DNA from: Octopus sinensis
Lineage: Eukaryota
Length of the DNA stretch: 64,000 bases
Assembly: GCF_006345805.1 (NCBI RefSeq)
Contig: NC_043011.1
Coordinates: forward strand, 60,772,464-60,836,463
Direction of reading: 5' to 3'
Shown here: piece by piece, positions 13,147 through 27,798 of the stretch
How the letters are laid out: each line of letters opens with the position of its first letter
Numbering within the stretch: the first letter of the stretch is position 1
Position numbers and translations under genes: made by a program
The notes under the pieces: generated by a model
Databases searched by the model: none
Told to the model about the DNA's origin: nothing
What the model saw: the letters and a program-made list of their open reading frames with translations, nothing else

Positions 13147-13205
<59 letters not shown>

Positions 13206-14029
13206 GTATGTATATATGTATATATACACATACGTATGTGTGTATATATATATATGTATATATACATACAAACCCATTGATGTATTTATTATATATGAAT
13301 GCATGCATATCCGTATATATGTATGTATGTATGTATGTAAGTATGTGTATGTGTGTGTGAGTTCCTGCGGGCTTTCGTGCGTACATGTGTATGTGTGTGC
13401 GTGTGTGCGTGCGTGCTTGCGTGAGCACGTGCGCGTGTTGCGTGTTACTGCTATCAAGATCTTTGAGTCATCATTCACAGTTGCTATCGAAACGTGTCTG
13501 CAGTTGATAGAGTTGTTGTTGTTGTTGTTGTTGTTGGTGATGCATGTTATGGAATCTTCTTATACAATACTTAATTTCAACTGAATAAAATCTACCTTTC
13601 CCGCTCTACATAGATCATTAATTACCTCTTATGCCTGAAGGGCAAAAATACATAAATAAATAAAACAAAGAAACAAAAACAAATAAAAGAAATTAAAACA
13701 AATAAACTAATAAATTAATGAATAAGTAGAAGGGGAAACAACTACGTTAGCTTGTTGCCGGAAGGTTCGGCAAAAAGGGAAAATGTAATACTATACCGCA
13801 GTTAATGACATAAAATTAAAATTTCTTGAAAATTGTACATATAGTTTTGGTGTAATTGGTTTAGGGAGTGACAATACAGAATAAATCGAGCATCGGAATA
13901 AACGTGGTTCGGTGTTTTTATTTTTTTCTATTTATTTACTTTTTGTTGTCTTTCTGTTTTGATTTCAAGTCTTATCTCGCGACGATCGACTGTTTTCTCC
14001 TTTCATTTTACCCGTTGCTCGACTAAACT

Positions 14030-14360
14030 ATCATCATCATCATCATTGTTCGACCGTGGTGGAGACAATGGAATTTATCATGCTACGGCAGACTTCACGG
14101 TCCATCATGGCATTACGGAGGTCCTGTTGCTGGATGCCTGTATCCCTGTATCCCTGGAGATTACATCAGGGTAGGAGAGTATGCGCCCTCTGGTATTGCG
14201 AGTAGATGGCTTCGAGAGGAGAAGAGTAGAAATTACCTCTTTTTCAGCTCTACAACAACGTCCAGCAAACTGGACTCTCCTACCTTTCACAAGAGATGAC
14301 ACAGGTGGTAGTTTCCCATATATTTGCATTTTGGTTGGATGGCGCTTTCACGAGAGATTT
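14030..14360 (-). mobile_element. RTE LINE 3' fragment
   Basis: Minus ORF LPPVSSLVKGRRVQFAGRCCRAEKEVISTLLL...SYPDVISRDTG (RTE C-terminus), ending in a (GAT)n tail. Confidence 0.75.
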
Positions 14361-14724
14361 TGAGCTCTCATAAGGAGGCGAGTGTAGGTTCCATCCAACC
14401 GCCTCTCAAGCTTCTATTCTCCTGCCTATATTCTTCTAACTATTCTTACTCTTTATTCTTCTATATTGCTACTTTATTCTTCTGTTCCATTCCTTATAAA
14501 CTGTGAATTTTATTCCTTGTGTACTGTAAATTTTCCCCATCTAAAATATTTACACGTTGTCTCTGACAGACATTGCAAACTAACCTTTTCAGTTATCTCA
14601 GAAACAGCTGTAAAACTTCAAATTCACCTTCCCTTAATTAGATTATTCTAAATGACTTCAGATACTCGTTCTGCTTTGGTTTTGATCTTCCCTCTAATAT
14701 AATATAATATAATATAATATATAA

Positions 14725-14885
14725 TATATGGTGGTGGTTGTCTACTCCTTATGTAGAGTCTGACCACCTCCTGTACCTACACCTTAGATCTATCATGGCA
14801 TCTTCTTAAACCAGACAATGTATTGAAAAGACACCCACACAGATTGCATATCCGATTTGGACCACCAAGAGCTGCAGTTAATTTC
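14725..14885 (-). mobile_element. RTE-like LINE 3' fragment, same family as 11110-11218
   Basis: Encodes RICNLCGCLFNTLSGLRRCH (C2H2-like) followed by the shared 3' UTR. Confidence 0.6.
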
Positions 14886-14984
14886 AGATACATACACACA
14901 CACAGACAGACACACAGAGACAGACACACACACAGACAGACACACACAGACAGACACACATACATACACGTGCCTACCTACCTA

Positions 14985-15067
<83 letters not shown>

Positions 15068-15267
15068 AATAACAACTGCATCCTGAAGTGAGGAGTTCCA
15101 AGACTTTGAGGAGACGTGCGCTTTTGGCTCTTTAGCCTTCCTCATTTGGGATGTTCCTAAAGTTCCTTTATTCTTCATCACTGGTTGGAGCTGATGCAAC
15201 TAGTTTTATTCCGACCAGGCGGTCGACTATCATAATTCAGTCACTGATGTTCAGAGTATTTTAGTCA

Positions 15268-15540
15268 AAATCGGTTGTCAAGCGATGGTGGGCGGGGGAG
15301 AGACAAACAAAAGGACACACGCACATAATTATGCACGACGGGTTTCTTTCAGTTTCCGTCTACCAAATCCACTCACAAGCTACAGAAGAAGACGCTTGAA
15401 TCTTCCGTCTACCACACCCATTCGCACGGCATTGGTCGTCCCGGGGACAGAATAGAAGATACTAGCCCAATATGCCGCCCTGTGAGGCTCAACACATGAG
15501 ACCACATGATGGCTGCATGGTTGGAAAGTAAGCTTCCTAT
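15268..15540 (-). mobile_element. Degenerate SINE family A
   Basis: ATCGGTTGTCAAGCGATGG and CTTTCAGTTTCCGTCTACCAAATCCACTCACAAG blocks. Confidence 0.65.
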
Positions 15541-15956
15541 CCTCTCAACCACACATGCATTGCAATGTTTCACAACTTCCCTTTTAGCTATTCCCTTTGC
15601 CCTCTCAGAAACAGACCTTTTCTTCATTCGGAAATAGCCTCCGTTAATCCATTTCTGGTCTATGCTATCACTGCGCTATGATTAACGCAGAAAGTTCGCC
15701 TATTACTCGACTGGACTGCCTACATTGACAGCAACCGTTCACCTACCTGGCCGTAAATTCATCAATACTTTCCTTTCTTTCAAATGCGTTCTGTTGTTAC
15801 ATTTTATTGAATTAAAGCTGTTATTAATCGTACAGAAACATGCAGAGAGAGAGAGAGAGAGAGAGCAGAAAAGACGAACAATTTTTCGTAAAGCATTATC
15901 TCCCTTTACAACCTCTCTTCTTCTTACTGCTTTATCTCACTCTCACTGTCTAATTA

Positions 15957-16022
<66 letters not shown>

Positions 16023-16060
16023 TTGCCTATCCATCCATCCATCTATCTATTTGCCTATCC

Positions 16061-16112
<52 letters not shown>

Positions 16113-17213
16113 GTCTGTCTGAAGATATACGAAGTCAGATCGGCTAATTGTGTCCGAGAGTGCTTCCATTCGTAGAACAAGATTCTCTAATTTATTACGG
16201 CAGAGATTGCTAGAGCAGTGACATACGAATGCACACGTCTGCACCAATGCAACTGTGAAAGTATCGTTAAGCGTCTTGGCATGGAACTCTTCAAACATAC
16301 ATCATTCCTTCGCCAACTTCAACTAGAAGAAAAGAAGTTATATTCATATATTCATATGTGTGGCCGTGTGTGTGAGTGTACGTGTGTGTATGTCTGTATA
16401 TATATAAATAGTGAGAGATAGAGGGGGAGAGGAGAGGGAGAGAGACTGGGGAAAAAGCTAATATACCTATGACTGTATACATGTAAGCATACATACATAT
16501 ATATATATATATATTCATATATATATATATATACACATACATGTAGGTGTGTGTCTGAATATATACACACACACACATATATGTGCGTGTGTGTGTGCAT
16601 ATATATATATATATACATATGTGTGTGTGCATGTGTGTATACATGTATATATGTGTGTATATATGTATGTATATATATATATATATGTTTGTATGTATGT
16701 ATATATATATTATATATATATATAATATATATATATATGTATATATACTGAGAAAGAAAGAGAGAAGAAAAGAAAAACGATATTGAAAGAATCTGTGTAT
16801 GATGGAGACGATTAGCAGAGATGGCATTTTTATTTACAATCACTTATGTTTTTCTTAGGAAAATATATATTTCACACATACACACACACGCACACACATA
16901 CACTCGTACGCACACACATACACCCAACACACATACATTCACATACACACACGCACGCACGCCCACACACTTTAAGTAATGCTCTCATTCATTGTGACTG
17001 CACTTATCATGATACAACACGTGCATACACATCCCCTCCACACACACAATCTATACCTATGTACGTATATTTGTATGCACACACACACACACATGTATAT
17101 ACATGTATGTATATATCTAAGTACACACGTGTTTATATCTATCTATCTATATCTATCTACCTATCTACCTCTATCTATCTATCTATCTATCTACCTCTAT
17201 CTATCTATCTACC

Positions 17214-17284
<71 letters not shown>

Positions 17285-17568
17285 GTGTATCTATCTATCT
17301 GTGTATCTATCTATCTACCTATCTATCTAGCTATATTATGCTAGTAACTATGTAATTTTTATCAGAGTATTCAAAACCAATGGGAAGTTTGCTTAACCTC
17401 AAATTCCTAGAAATCCATCGAGCGTGACACTTTGTAATCAAATTTTCCACATGACTGATTTTTCTACGATTTTATTTCTTTTGCCTTTTTATTTTATTAT
17501 TTTTTCATAGGCCCAGTTTCTGTCAGAAATTTTGTGTAGCTCACGTAACACCCATAAACAAACATAAG

Positions 17569-17604
<36 letters not shown>

Positions 17605-17734
17605 AGACGCACACACGCACACATTGGTCACATGAGCATGTATTTCTGCACAGTTATTCCTATCGCATTCAAATGCAACATGAAACCTATGTGGAAATTC
17701 CTAAACGGTCGCTCAGCATTTGCCATTCGTTCGA

Positions 17735-18130
17735 CGCCGGCCGTGCTGGGGCCACGCCCTTGAAGGGTCCAGTCGAAGAAACTGATCCCAGTACGTATTT
17801 TTTTATTACCCAATTCTGGTAATTATTCTATCGGTGTCTCTGGCCGAACCGCTAGGTTACAGGGAAGTAAATGAAACAGTACTGATTATCATGTGGTGAC
17901 GCGGGAAAGATACAAATACACACACACACGCACGCACGCACGCACACACACACACGCGCGCGCGCAGATATATATGACGGGCTTCTTTCAGTCTCCGTCT
18001 GACAAACCCGATCACAGGGCTTAGGTATGCCCTAGCGTATAGTACGACACACTTGCCTAAGACAACGTGCAGTGGGATTGAACCTGAAACCATGTGGCTG
18101 GGAAGTAAACCTCCTAACCACACAGCCAAG
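17735..18130 (-). mobile_element. SINE family A copy
   Basis: Head, middle and tail recognisable in reverse. Confidence 0.75.
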
Positions 18131-18299
18131 TCGGCAATGCGATTTACTAGAAATGATAGCCAAATTGACACTCTTCCCGTTTATGATTATAAAGTTTAAG
18201 TCGAAATTTATCTAAAAGAACCGGTATTGATGTTTTGGTAAAAGAAAATCGAGAAACTATTTTAAGAATCATAATCACCGTATTTCTAAATGTAATATT

Positions 18300-18331
<32 letters not shown>

Positions 18332-18451
18332 TATTATTATTATTCATGGGAACTGCTCATATCCTACGCAAAATACTTTCTATGTAATCTCAGGGTTTAA
18401 AACAAACATAATTTTTGTCTTTTTTTTAACACCCCAAAAAATATATATATA

Positions 18452-18498
18452 TGGAAGTTCATGTTGTTGTTATGCCTAGTGTGCCATATATATCTATA

Positions 18499-18535
<37 letters not shown>

Positions 18536-18565
18536 CACTAGGCATAACAACAACATGAACTTCCA
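18452..18565. repeat. Perfect inverted repeat: 34 bp of unique sequence per arm around a (TA)n spacer
   Basis: TGGAAGTTCATGTTGTTGTTATGCCTAGTGTGCC (18452-18485) is the exact reverse complement of 18532-18565. Confidence 0.95.
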
Positions 18566-18663
18566 ACCTGTTGACTCTTGAGGTCTCTGGCTGAGACTTG
18601 GAGCCAACTTGTACAAATATAAAGCAAAAGTCAAACATAGAATAATAATAATAATGATAATAA

Positions 18664-19438
18664 ATGCCCTGATACAGTACCAGGCAGTGACTCTCATGGC
18701 TTCTGATCTTAACTGATTGGAAGTATTATCGTGATCGTTGTTTTGTCTTGGTATAGAAGATGGGCTACAGCAAATATTCTGCTCAATGCCACAGATTTAC
18801 TTGTCAGTTGTTTGCCCTTAACCAGCTGAGTAAGTCCCATGGTGACTGATGAGCTGGCAGAAACGTTAGCACACCGGGCGAAATGCTTAGCGGTATTGCG
18901 TCTGTCGTTGCGTTCTGAGTTCAAATTCCGCCGAGGTCGACTTTGCCTTTCATCCTTTCGGGGTCGATAAATTAAGTACCAGTTACGCACTAGGGTCGAT
19001 GTAATCGACTTAATCCGTTTGTCTGTCCTTGTTTGTCCCCTCTATGTTTAGCCCCTTGTGGGCAATAAAGAAACAGATATGGGAATCTCTGATCACGAGC
19101 AGAAGTAGTGGGGGAACATCATAGCCATGTGTTCTTTGGGGTTTGGATAATTCGCCTTTGGAAACATAGGCGGTTCGTTCATCATCCTTAAAACAATCCT
19201 TATTCAGGAACCTTTTGAGTGGGATGGGCTACTCGACCTGAGGAAAATTCTAACTGTGTCCCACCCGCAACATCATGTACTGTTTACCCTGATATGAGCT
19301 CACGATGTCGTGCACATACATGATTGTGATGCATGTGCCTGGTGTCTCCTTATCAGGCGGGTAGTCATGATTGGTATATTGGGTTTCGTATATTTGTACC
19401 CCAGTGTCACTTCGATGGCATGCACTGCTATTTCACTC
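18664..19438 (-). mobile_element. Non-coding retroposon-like repeat (family E) with (ATT)n tail, interrupted by a SINE B
   Basis: 3' end GAGAGTCACTGCCTGGTACTGTATCAGGGCATT; the same terminus recurs in opposite orientation at 40680-40730; sequence resumes after the insert at 19076. Confidence 0.6.
18851..19075 (+). mobile_element. SINE family B monomer nested in family E
   Basis: GAGCTGGCAGAAACGTTAGCACACCGGGCG...AAAGAAAC. Confidence 0.85.
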
Positions 19439-19451
19439 AATAATAATAATA

Positions 19452-19482
<31 letters not shown>

Positions 19483-19489
19483 TCTTTCT

Positions 19490-19690
19490 ACTGGAAGCAC
19501 AAGGCCTCAAATTTAAGGGAAGGGATTAAGTCAATTACATCGACCCCAGTGCATAACCGGTACTTATTTAATCGACCCCGAAAGGAAGAAAGGCAAAATC
19601 GATCTTCGCAGAATTTGAACTCAGAACGAAGCGGCAGGCGAAATTCCGCTAAGCATTTCGCCCGGCGTGATAACGATTCTGCCAGCTCAC
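19490..19690 (-). mobile_element. SINE family B copy (tail 2 type)
   Basis: Reverse of the family B head and core. Confidence 0.8.
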
Positions 19691-20369
19691 CGCATTAACA
19701 ACAGCAACAATCAGAAGAAGAAGTGTAGTTAAAAATGCTTGTGAGGATGTTGGGAATATATGGTATTTCAAACACACACACATGCACGCAGAACTCACAT
19801 ACGCATACACTGAAACACATGCACACGCAAACACACAAGCACATACATGCACACACACACAACTACGCACACACACACATACAGAGGCACACGCACATAC
19901 AGACTCACTTGCATACATACACACATATAGGCATACACACGCGCGCGCGTCATCAGCACGTACGCTCCCTCACACATACGTTTGACTCCTTGTTTCAGTT
20001 TTTTGGGCTTCGTCCATGTCAGGGCACCTCCGTCCTTGTCTTTAAATCGACCCCAGTAAGCTGCAGTACTACAGCAACGCACCTACGTTAATTATGTTCC
20101 ATAAATACTCTAGAGCTCCCTCTATTGCATAATTCGAATTTTATTCAGGCTCAGCGGCGTCATTGCATATCAGTGTATCGTTTACACACTGTCGTTATAT
20201 GTTTCAAACCGGCTATTTCGACCGAATTTCGGAAGTGTAACGAGTACGTGACATTGACAAGTCGCACACAGCAAAAGCGCGTCTGTCGCTCTGACGGCCA
20301 CCTCTGGGGCGCTTTAATTTGCAAGCAGTCGAAAAGTGTATATCTTGATATTACAACTAATACATCAGA

Positions 20370-20942
20370 AATATATGTATATATATATGTATATATACAT
20401 ATACATATATATATATATACATATATACATATACATATACATATATATATATATACATATATACATATACATATACATATATATACATATATATACATAT
20501 ACATATATATACATATATCTTGATATTACAACTAATACATCAGAAATATATGTATATATATATGTATATATACATATACATATATATATATATACATATA
20601 TACATATACATATACATATATATATATATACATATATACATATACATATACATATATATACATATATATACATATACATATATATACATATATACTATAT
20701 AAACATATATACTATATACATATTATACATTATATATACATACATATATAATATACATATATATATATATACATATATATACATATATATATATATACTA
20801 TATTATATATACATATATATATATATCATATTATATATATATATATATACATATATATATACATATATATATATACATATATATATACATAATATATATA
20901 CATATATTATATACATATATATATATACATATATATATATAC

Positions 20943-20987
<45 letters not shown>

Positions 20988-21048
20988 CATATATATATAT
21001 ATACATATATATATATACATATATATATATATACATATATATATATAC

Positions 21049-21081
<33 letters not shown>

Positions 21082-21106
21082 CATATATATATACATATAT
21101 ATATAT
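20370..21106. repeat. (TA)n/(TATAC) array
   Basis: Direct inspection. Confidence 0.95.
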
Positions 21107-24101
21107 ATTGATTGATTGATTGATTGATTCTAGTTTCAGCTTATGAGATGTGGCCATGCTGGGGCACCGCCATTTGGTGTTGCTACTTGGTTTCACTTCA
21201 TGGAGGCTTTCTAGCAACTGCTATTGGTGCATGAGAGAGTTCGATGCAGCTGCCCTCATCTGCCCCTCCTGCCGTGAAGTTGGTTCATCTGGGACACCTG
21301 ACAGGAAGAGATCCAGCTTCACTTTAAAGACATCTGTATCCACCCCATGCAGGTCTCTCAGGTTCTTCTTCGGGAGGATATTGAAGAGCTGTGGGCCTCG
21401 GAAGCCCAGGCTATCACAGAATCTTGTCCTACATCTTGATGGCAGGTTTGGAGTCCTAGGCACCACGCAGTGGCGCCCAGTTCTGGCATTTGCGTAACTC
21501 TCGATGCCAAAGTTCAGGACACTTCCCTCCAGGATCTTCCAGATGTATATTATGGCATATCTTTCCCGCCTACGCTCCAGGGAATATAATTTTAATCTCT
21601 TGAGTCTTTCCCAGTAGCTTACATTCTGCATAGAGGCTATCTTCTTTGTGTAGCTTCGTTGGGTCGCCTCAAGTTCTGTGATCAACTTGACACTGGATGG
21701 TGACCATAGCTGAGAGCAATAGTCAAAGTGGCTTAGGACAAGTGTCTTCCAGAGGACCATCATGGTTTCTTGTTCTAAAGGTTCTAAGAATCCATCCAGC
21801 CAGCCGTCTACATTTCAGTGTCAGTTTAGCAACATGTACATGAAAGGTCGCGTCATCACTCATGTGAATACCCAGGTCACGCACTGATTGTGCCTCTGGG
21901 ATTGCAATCCCTCCGGGTCCAGTGTATTCATTGGGTATTGCATTCAGTTTTGCATGCTGATAGTATAAAGCTTGAAACTTTCCAGCATTGAACTGCATGC
22001 TATTCTTTTCAGCCCACTTGTATATTTCGTCCAGCTCACATTGCAGGTGTTTAGTGTCCTCAGGGTTCTGTATTGCCTGTGAAACTTTTGTATCATCTGC
22101 ATAACTTGTGATCGTGGCTCTCTGCGTGGCTGAGGGCATGTCTGAGAGGGCCATTATGAACAGTAGTGGTTCCCAGAACAGTGCCCTGCGGAACACCGCT
22201 CACTATTTGTGTGTTAATGGAGGTGCCCCATTGGCTACTACCACCTGACTTCTATCCTTCAGAAAGTCATGAAGCCATTCTCCCAGTTTTCCAACTATGT
22301 TGAGATCACGCAGTTTGTGACTATCATTCCATGATCGACTTTATCAAAGGCCTTTGCAAAGTCGAGATATATCACTTCCACATTTGAGTGGTTGAGCAGC
22401 CGTTTCAGCACCCAGTCATAGTGTTGTAGGAGCTGAGTTAAACAGCTTCTCCCTGGTCGGAAACCATGTTGGGTGTCGGGCAGCAAGTCATTCTCTCAAG
22501 GAAGGTGATCAGCTTCCTTCTGACTATTCGTTCCATGACCTTGCTGATGTGTGAGGTCAGAGAGATAGGTCTATAGTTCTTGGCTTCCGCTCTGCTACCT
22601 CCTTTATGAATGGGGCATATTTTACCTTCCTTCAGTTTTCCTGGAAGTTTGCCAGCTGCAAGGAAGCTCTGAAAGAGGAACTGCAGTGGTCTTGCTAGCT
22701 CTCTTACATGCTTTTAGGAGGATTGCCGGGAATCCATCGGGGCCAGTAGCTGAGTCTGTTTTCATTTCATCTATAGCCTTGTTTACATCTTCTTCCTTTA
22801 TATCGATGTAATTTATCGTCGCCGCCTCTGATTTTATATCTGCAGTGTTAAAAAGTCAGTTGGATTGGTGATTGGAGATGCCCAAGGGATGGAGTGAAAA
22901 CACTCTTGAATTGCTCATTCAGTATTTCACTTACCCTCATTGGTTTTCCTGTAAGTGTGCCATCCTTTTCGAGGAGTGGCCCTATTCTACAGTGCACTGT
23001 AGCTGTTTTTTGGCATACCTGTAGAAAGCTCTGGGGTTAGATTTTATGTTTTCTATAGCCCAGGCTTCTCTGTCTGCTCTTTCTTTTTCATGGGAGAGTT
23101 GCAGACATTTTTCGATTTCCAACAGTTTTATTTTTAGGCGGGACTTTTCACTGCTTTCAATCTGTTTGTTTAGGCGATTTGAAAATTTCGTACGCCGTCT
23201 CATTAAAAGTTTCCTCTCTCTGGGGATTTTGTTCTTGTGTACAGTGCCCTTTCTCTCTGGGACACATTTGTAGCATATGGCTTGCATTACAGACATGAAT
23301 TGTTGAAGTTTCACGTCGATGTCTGGCGAGGAGAGACATTTAGGCCAGTTTTGTTTGAGGATCTCTTTCTCAATTTGTTTCCAGTTTGCCTTATGGTAGT
23401 TCAAGCTGGAAAGATTTTGAGGGTTTCTTGTAGCTGCATGTCCGTGCTCTCTTTTGGCCCGTACATGGTCAGCTCTATCATGTTGTGATCCGAGAGTAGT
23501 GTCGGTGTCACTTTCACATTATGGATGAGATCCATGTCATTTGTGAAGCAGAGATCCAGTGTGTTTCCTGCCCTGGTTAGTTGGAGTATTACCTGCTCCA
23601 TGTACAGGGTGTTGATGAGGTTCAGGAGGACCTCGCCTGTCCTCGTTCACATCTTGTCATTCCTGGGAGAGAAAGGCCCTCGGCCATCTGACATTGGGCA
23701 GATTGAAGTCTCCCATAAGAAGCACACCTATGTGTTTTCTAATGTGGTTAGAATTTCTTCTATTTTTATAAGGCAGTCTTCAAATTGCCCACATGGCTTG
23801 GGGCATCTGGAGGGCGATATGTAGCACACACACACTACATCAAGTTGCCTAATATGTACAATTAGTGTGTCACACACCGAGTTTGAGTATGACAAGAGGA
23901 CCTGGGGTGTGAGGTCCTCACGGATGTACATAGCAACACCTCCATGACTCCTTTCTTTCCTGTCGGTCCGTAGTACAGCATACTGTGGTATGTGTAACTC
24001 CGCATCTGCTATGTCCGGTTTCAGGTGCGTTTCTGTAAGTGCTATGCATAAGGCTTGATTGCATGCAACAAAGTCTCTCAGGAACGGGATCTTTGTCCTG
24101 T

Positions 24102-24103
<2 letters not shown>
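21107..24103 (-). mobile_element. CR1-group LINE copy A, 5'-truncated (ORF2 only, frameshifted), (AATC)n tail
   Basis: Minus ORFs with GNTLDLCFTN, LLSDHNMI, QHGFRPGRSCLTQL, YLDFAKAFDKVDH, YADDTK, RDLGI; near-identical reverse complement of 30545-33551. Confidence 0.95.
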
Positions 24104-24165
<62 letters not shown>

Positions 24166-24808
24166 CATATATGTATATATACATATATATATATACATAT
24201 ATGTATATATACATATATGTATATATACATATATATATATATACATATATGTATATATACATATATATATATACATATATGTATATATACATATATATAT
24301 ATATACATATATGTATATATACATATATGTATATATACATATATGTATATATACATATATGTATATATACATATATATATATACATATATGTATATATAC
24401 ATATATGTATATATACATATATGTATATATACATATACATATATATACATATATGTATATATACATATATGTATATATACATATATATATATATACATAT
24501 ATGTATATATACATATATGTATATATACATATATGTATATATACATATATGTATATACATATATGTATATATACATATATATATATATACATATATGTAT
24601 ATATACATATATGTATATACATATATGTATATATACATATATATATATATACATATATGTATATATACATATATGTATATATACATATATGTATATATAC
24701 ATATATATATATACATATATATATATATACATATATGTATATATACATATATGTATATACACATATATGTATATATACATATATGTATATATACATATAT
24801 GTATATAC

Positions 24809-24839
<31 letters not shown>

Positions 24840-24857
24840 CATATATGTATATATACA
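24104..24857. repeat. Minisatellite dominated by the 16-mer ACATATATGTATATAT
   Basis: 16-bp period verified at 24305-24352. Confidence 0.9.
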
Positions 24858-24869
24858 TAAATCCTTAAA

Positions 24870-26020
24870 AAAAAAAAAATGTTTTAGCCCGAGGCCGCGG
24901 CCATGCTGGGGCACCACCGCTGAATGACCCACACTAGTTTGTGAATCCACCTCTGATACGTGGCACTTGATCAACAAGGGAGTTCGATGCTGCTGCCCGC
25001 ATCCGCGTCTCCTGTCGTGAGATAGGTTCATCTGGGACTTCCAACAAGAAGAGATCCAGTTTAGTTTTAAAGAAACCCACATCCACACCATGTAAGTCTC
25101 TCAGGCATTTAGGGAGGATTTGAAAAGCTGTGGTCCTCTGAAACCCAAGCTGTTGCAGTATCTGGACCTGTATTTTGATGGTGATGTTGGAATCCTTGGC
25201 ACCACGCAGCGGCGCCCCGTTCTGCGGTTGGAGTAACTTTGAATGCCAAAGTTTGGGATAAGACCATCCAGGATTTTCCAGATGTATATTACTGCATATC
25301 TCTCCCCGCCTCCGCTCCAGGGAGAAGAGGTTTAATACCTTCAGTCTTTCCAGTAGCTGACATTTTGCATTGAGACGATTTTCTTGTGTAGCTTCTCTGA
25401 GTTGCTTCGAGTTCTGCTGTTTGTTTTATATTGTGTGGTGACCAAAGTTGGGAGCAGTAGTCCAAGCGGCTGAGGACAAATGTTTTCCATAGGACCATCA
25501 GTGTCTCCTTCTCTCTTGTTCTGAAAGTTCGGAGAATCCATCCAGCTAGCCGTCTGCATTTTATCACCAGATTAGCAATATGCATTTGGAAAGATGCATC
25601 ATTGCTCATGTCAATGCCCAGGTCACGCACTGATTTTGACTCAGGGATTGCAATTCTTCCTGGGCCAGTGTATCCAGTCTTCACGTCATTTACCTTTGTG
25701 TGCCAGTAGCGCAGGGCCTGGAACTTACCTGCATTAAACTGCATGTTGTTGTCCTCAGCCCACCTGTATTTTGTGTCCAGCTCATGTTGCAGATGCGCAA
25801 TATTTTCAGGGTTCTGTATTGCGTGGGAGACCTTTGTGTCATCTGCATAGCTAGCAAGGGTGGTCATCGTAGCAACTGAAGGCATGTCTGAAAGGGCCAC
25901 TATGAACATCAGTGGCCCCAAGACAGTGCCTGTGGGACACCGCTTGTTATTTGCGTCCCTGGAGTTGCTCCATTGCTCACAACTGCCTGTTTTCTGTCTT
26001 TTAGGAAGTTGTGCAGCCAT
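24870..26020 (-). mobile_element. CR1-group LINE, related subfamily B, 5'-truncated RT C-terminal half
   Basis: [49 protein letters not shown]; clearly diverged from copies A/C/D; 3' end GGTGCCCCAGCATGGCCGCGG. Confidence 0.9.
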
Positions 26021-26178
26021 ATATGTATATATATATATATGGTATATATGTATATATATATATGTATATATATATATATGTATAAATATATATATGTATA
26101 TATATATATATGTATAAATATATATGTATAATATATGTATATATATATATATGTATATAAGATATAGTATATATATAG

Positions 26179-26209
<31 letters not shown>

Positions 26210-26439
26210 GTATATATATATGTATATATATATGTATATATAATATATATGTATATATAATATATGTATATGTATATATATATGTATATATATATGTATA
26301 TATATATATGTATAAATATATATGTATATATATATGTATATATATATATATGTATATATTATATGTATATAATATATATGTATATATATATATGTAATAT
26401 ATATATATATATATAATATATAGATACATATATATATAC

Positions 26440-26470
<31 letters not shown>

Positions 26471-26650
26471 ATATATATATACATATATATATATAATATA
26501 ATATATACATATATATATATACATATATATATATACATATATGTATACATATATATTTATACATATATATAATATACATATATATACATATATATACATA
26601 TATATACATATATATATATATATATAACATATATACATATATATATATAC

Positions 26651-26681
<31 letters not shown>

Positions 26682-27267
26682 ATACATATATATATTCATA
26701 TACATATACATATATACATATACATATATATATATACATATATATATATACATATATATATACATATATATATATATACATATATATATATACATATATC
26801 ATATATATATATTACATATATACATATATATATATATACATATATACATATATATATATATACATATATATATATACAATATATATTATAATACATAATA
26901 CTATATATATATACATATATATTATATACATATATATATATACATATATACTATACATATATATATATATATATCACATATATATATATACATATATACA
27001 TATATATATATATACATATATACATATATATATACATATATACATATATATATATACATATATATATATATACATATACATATATATATATATACATATA
27101 TACATATATATATACAATATACATATATATATACATATATATATAATATACATATACATATATATATATATACATATACATATATACATATATATATATA
27201 TTACATATATAACATAATATATATAATACATATATATATATACATATATATATATATACATATATAC

Positions 27268-27300
<33 letters not shown>

Positions 27301-27418
27301 CATATATACATATATATACATTATATATATATATACATATATACATATACATATATACATATATATATACATATATATATACATATATATATACATATAT
27401 ATATACATATATATATAC

Positions 27419-27465
<47 letters not shown>

Positions 27466-27466
27466 C

Positions 27467-27511
<45 letters not shown>

Positions 27512-27540
27512 CATATATATATATACATATATATATATAC

Positions 27541-27577
<37 letters not shown>

Positions 27578-27578
27578 C

Positions 27579-27611
<33 letters not shown>

Positions 27612-27764
27612 CATATATATATACATATATATATACATATATATATTATATATACATATATATTACATATATATATATACATAGACATATATATATACAT
27701 ATATAATATGTATATACATATATATATACAATATATATACATATATATATACATATATATATAC

Positions 27765-27798
<34 letters not shown>

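Noticed and set aside
16107-16298. Ly6/three-finger-like CHCSSNLC motif
   Set aside because: Lacks the CN ending and other cysteines; no convincing splice sites.
18845-18865. CTGATGA...GAAAC hammerhead core
   Set aside because: Chance juxtaposition at a SINE insertion junction; stem II cannot form.
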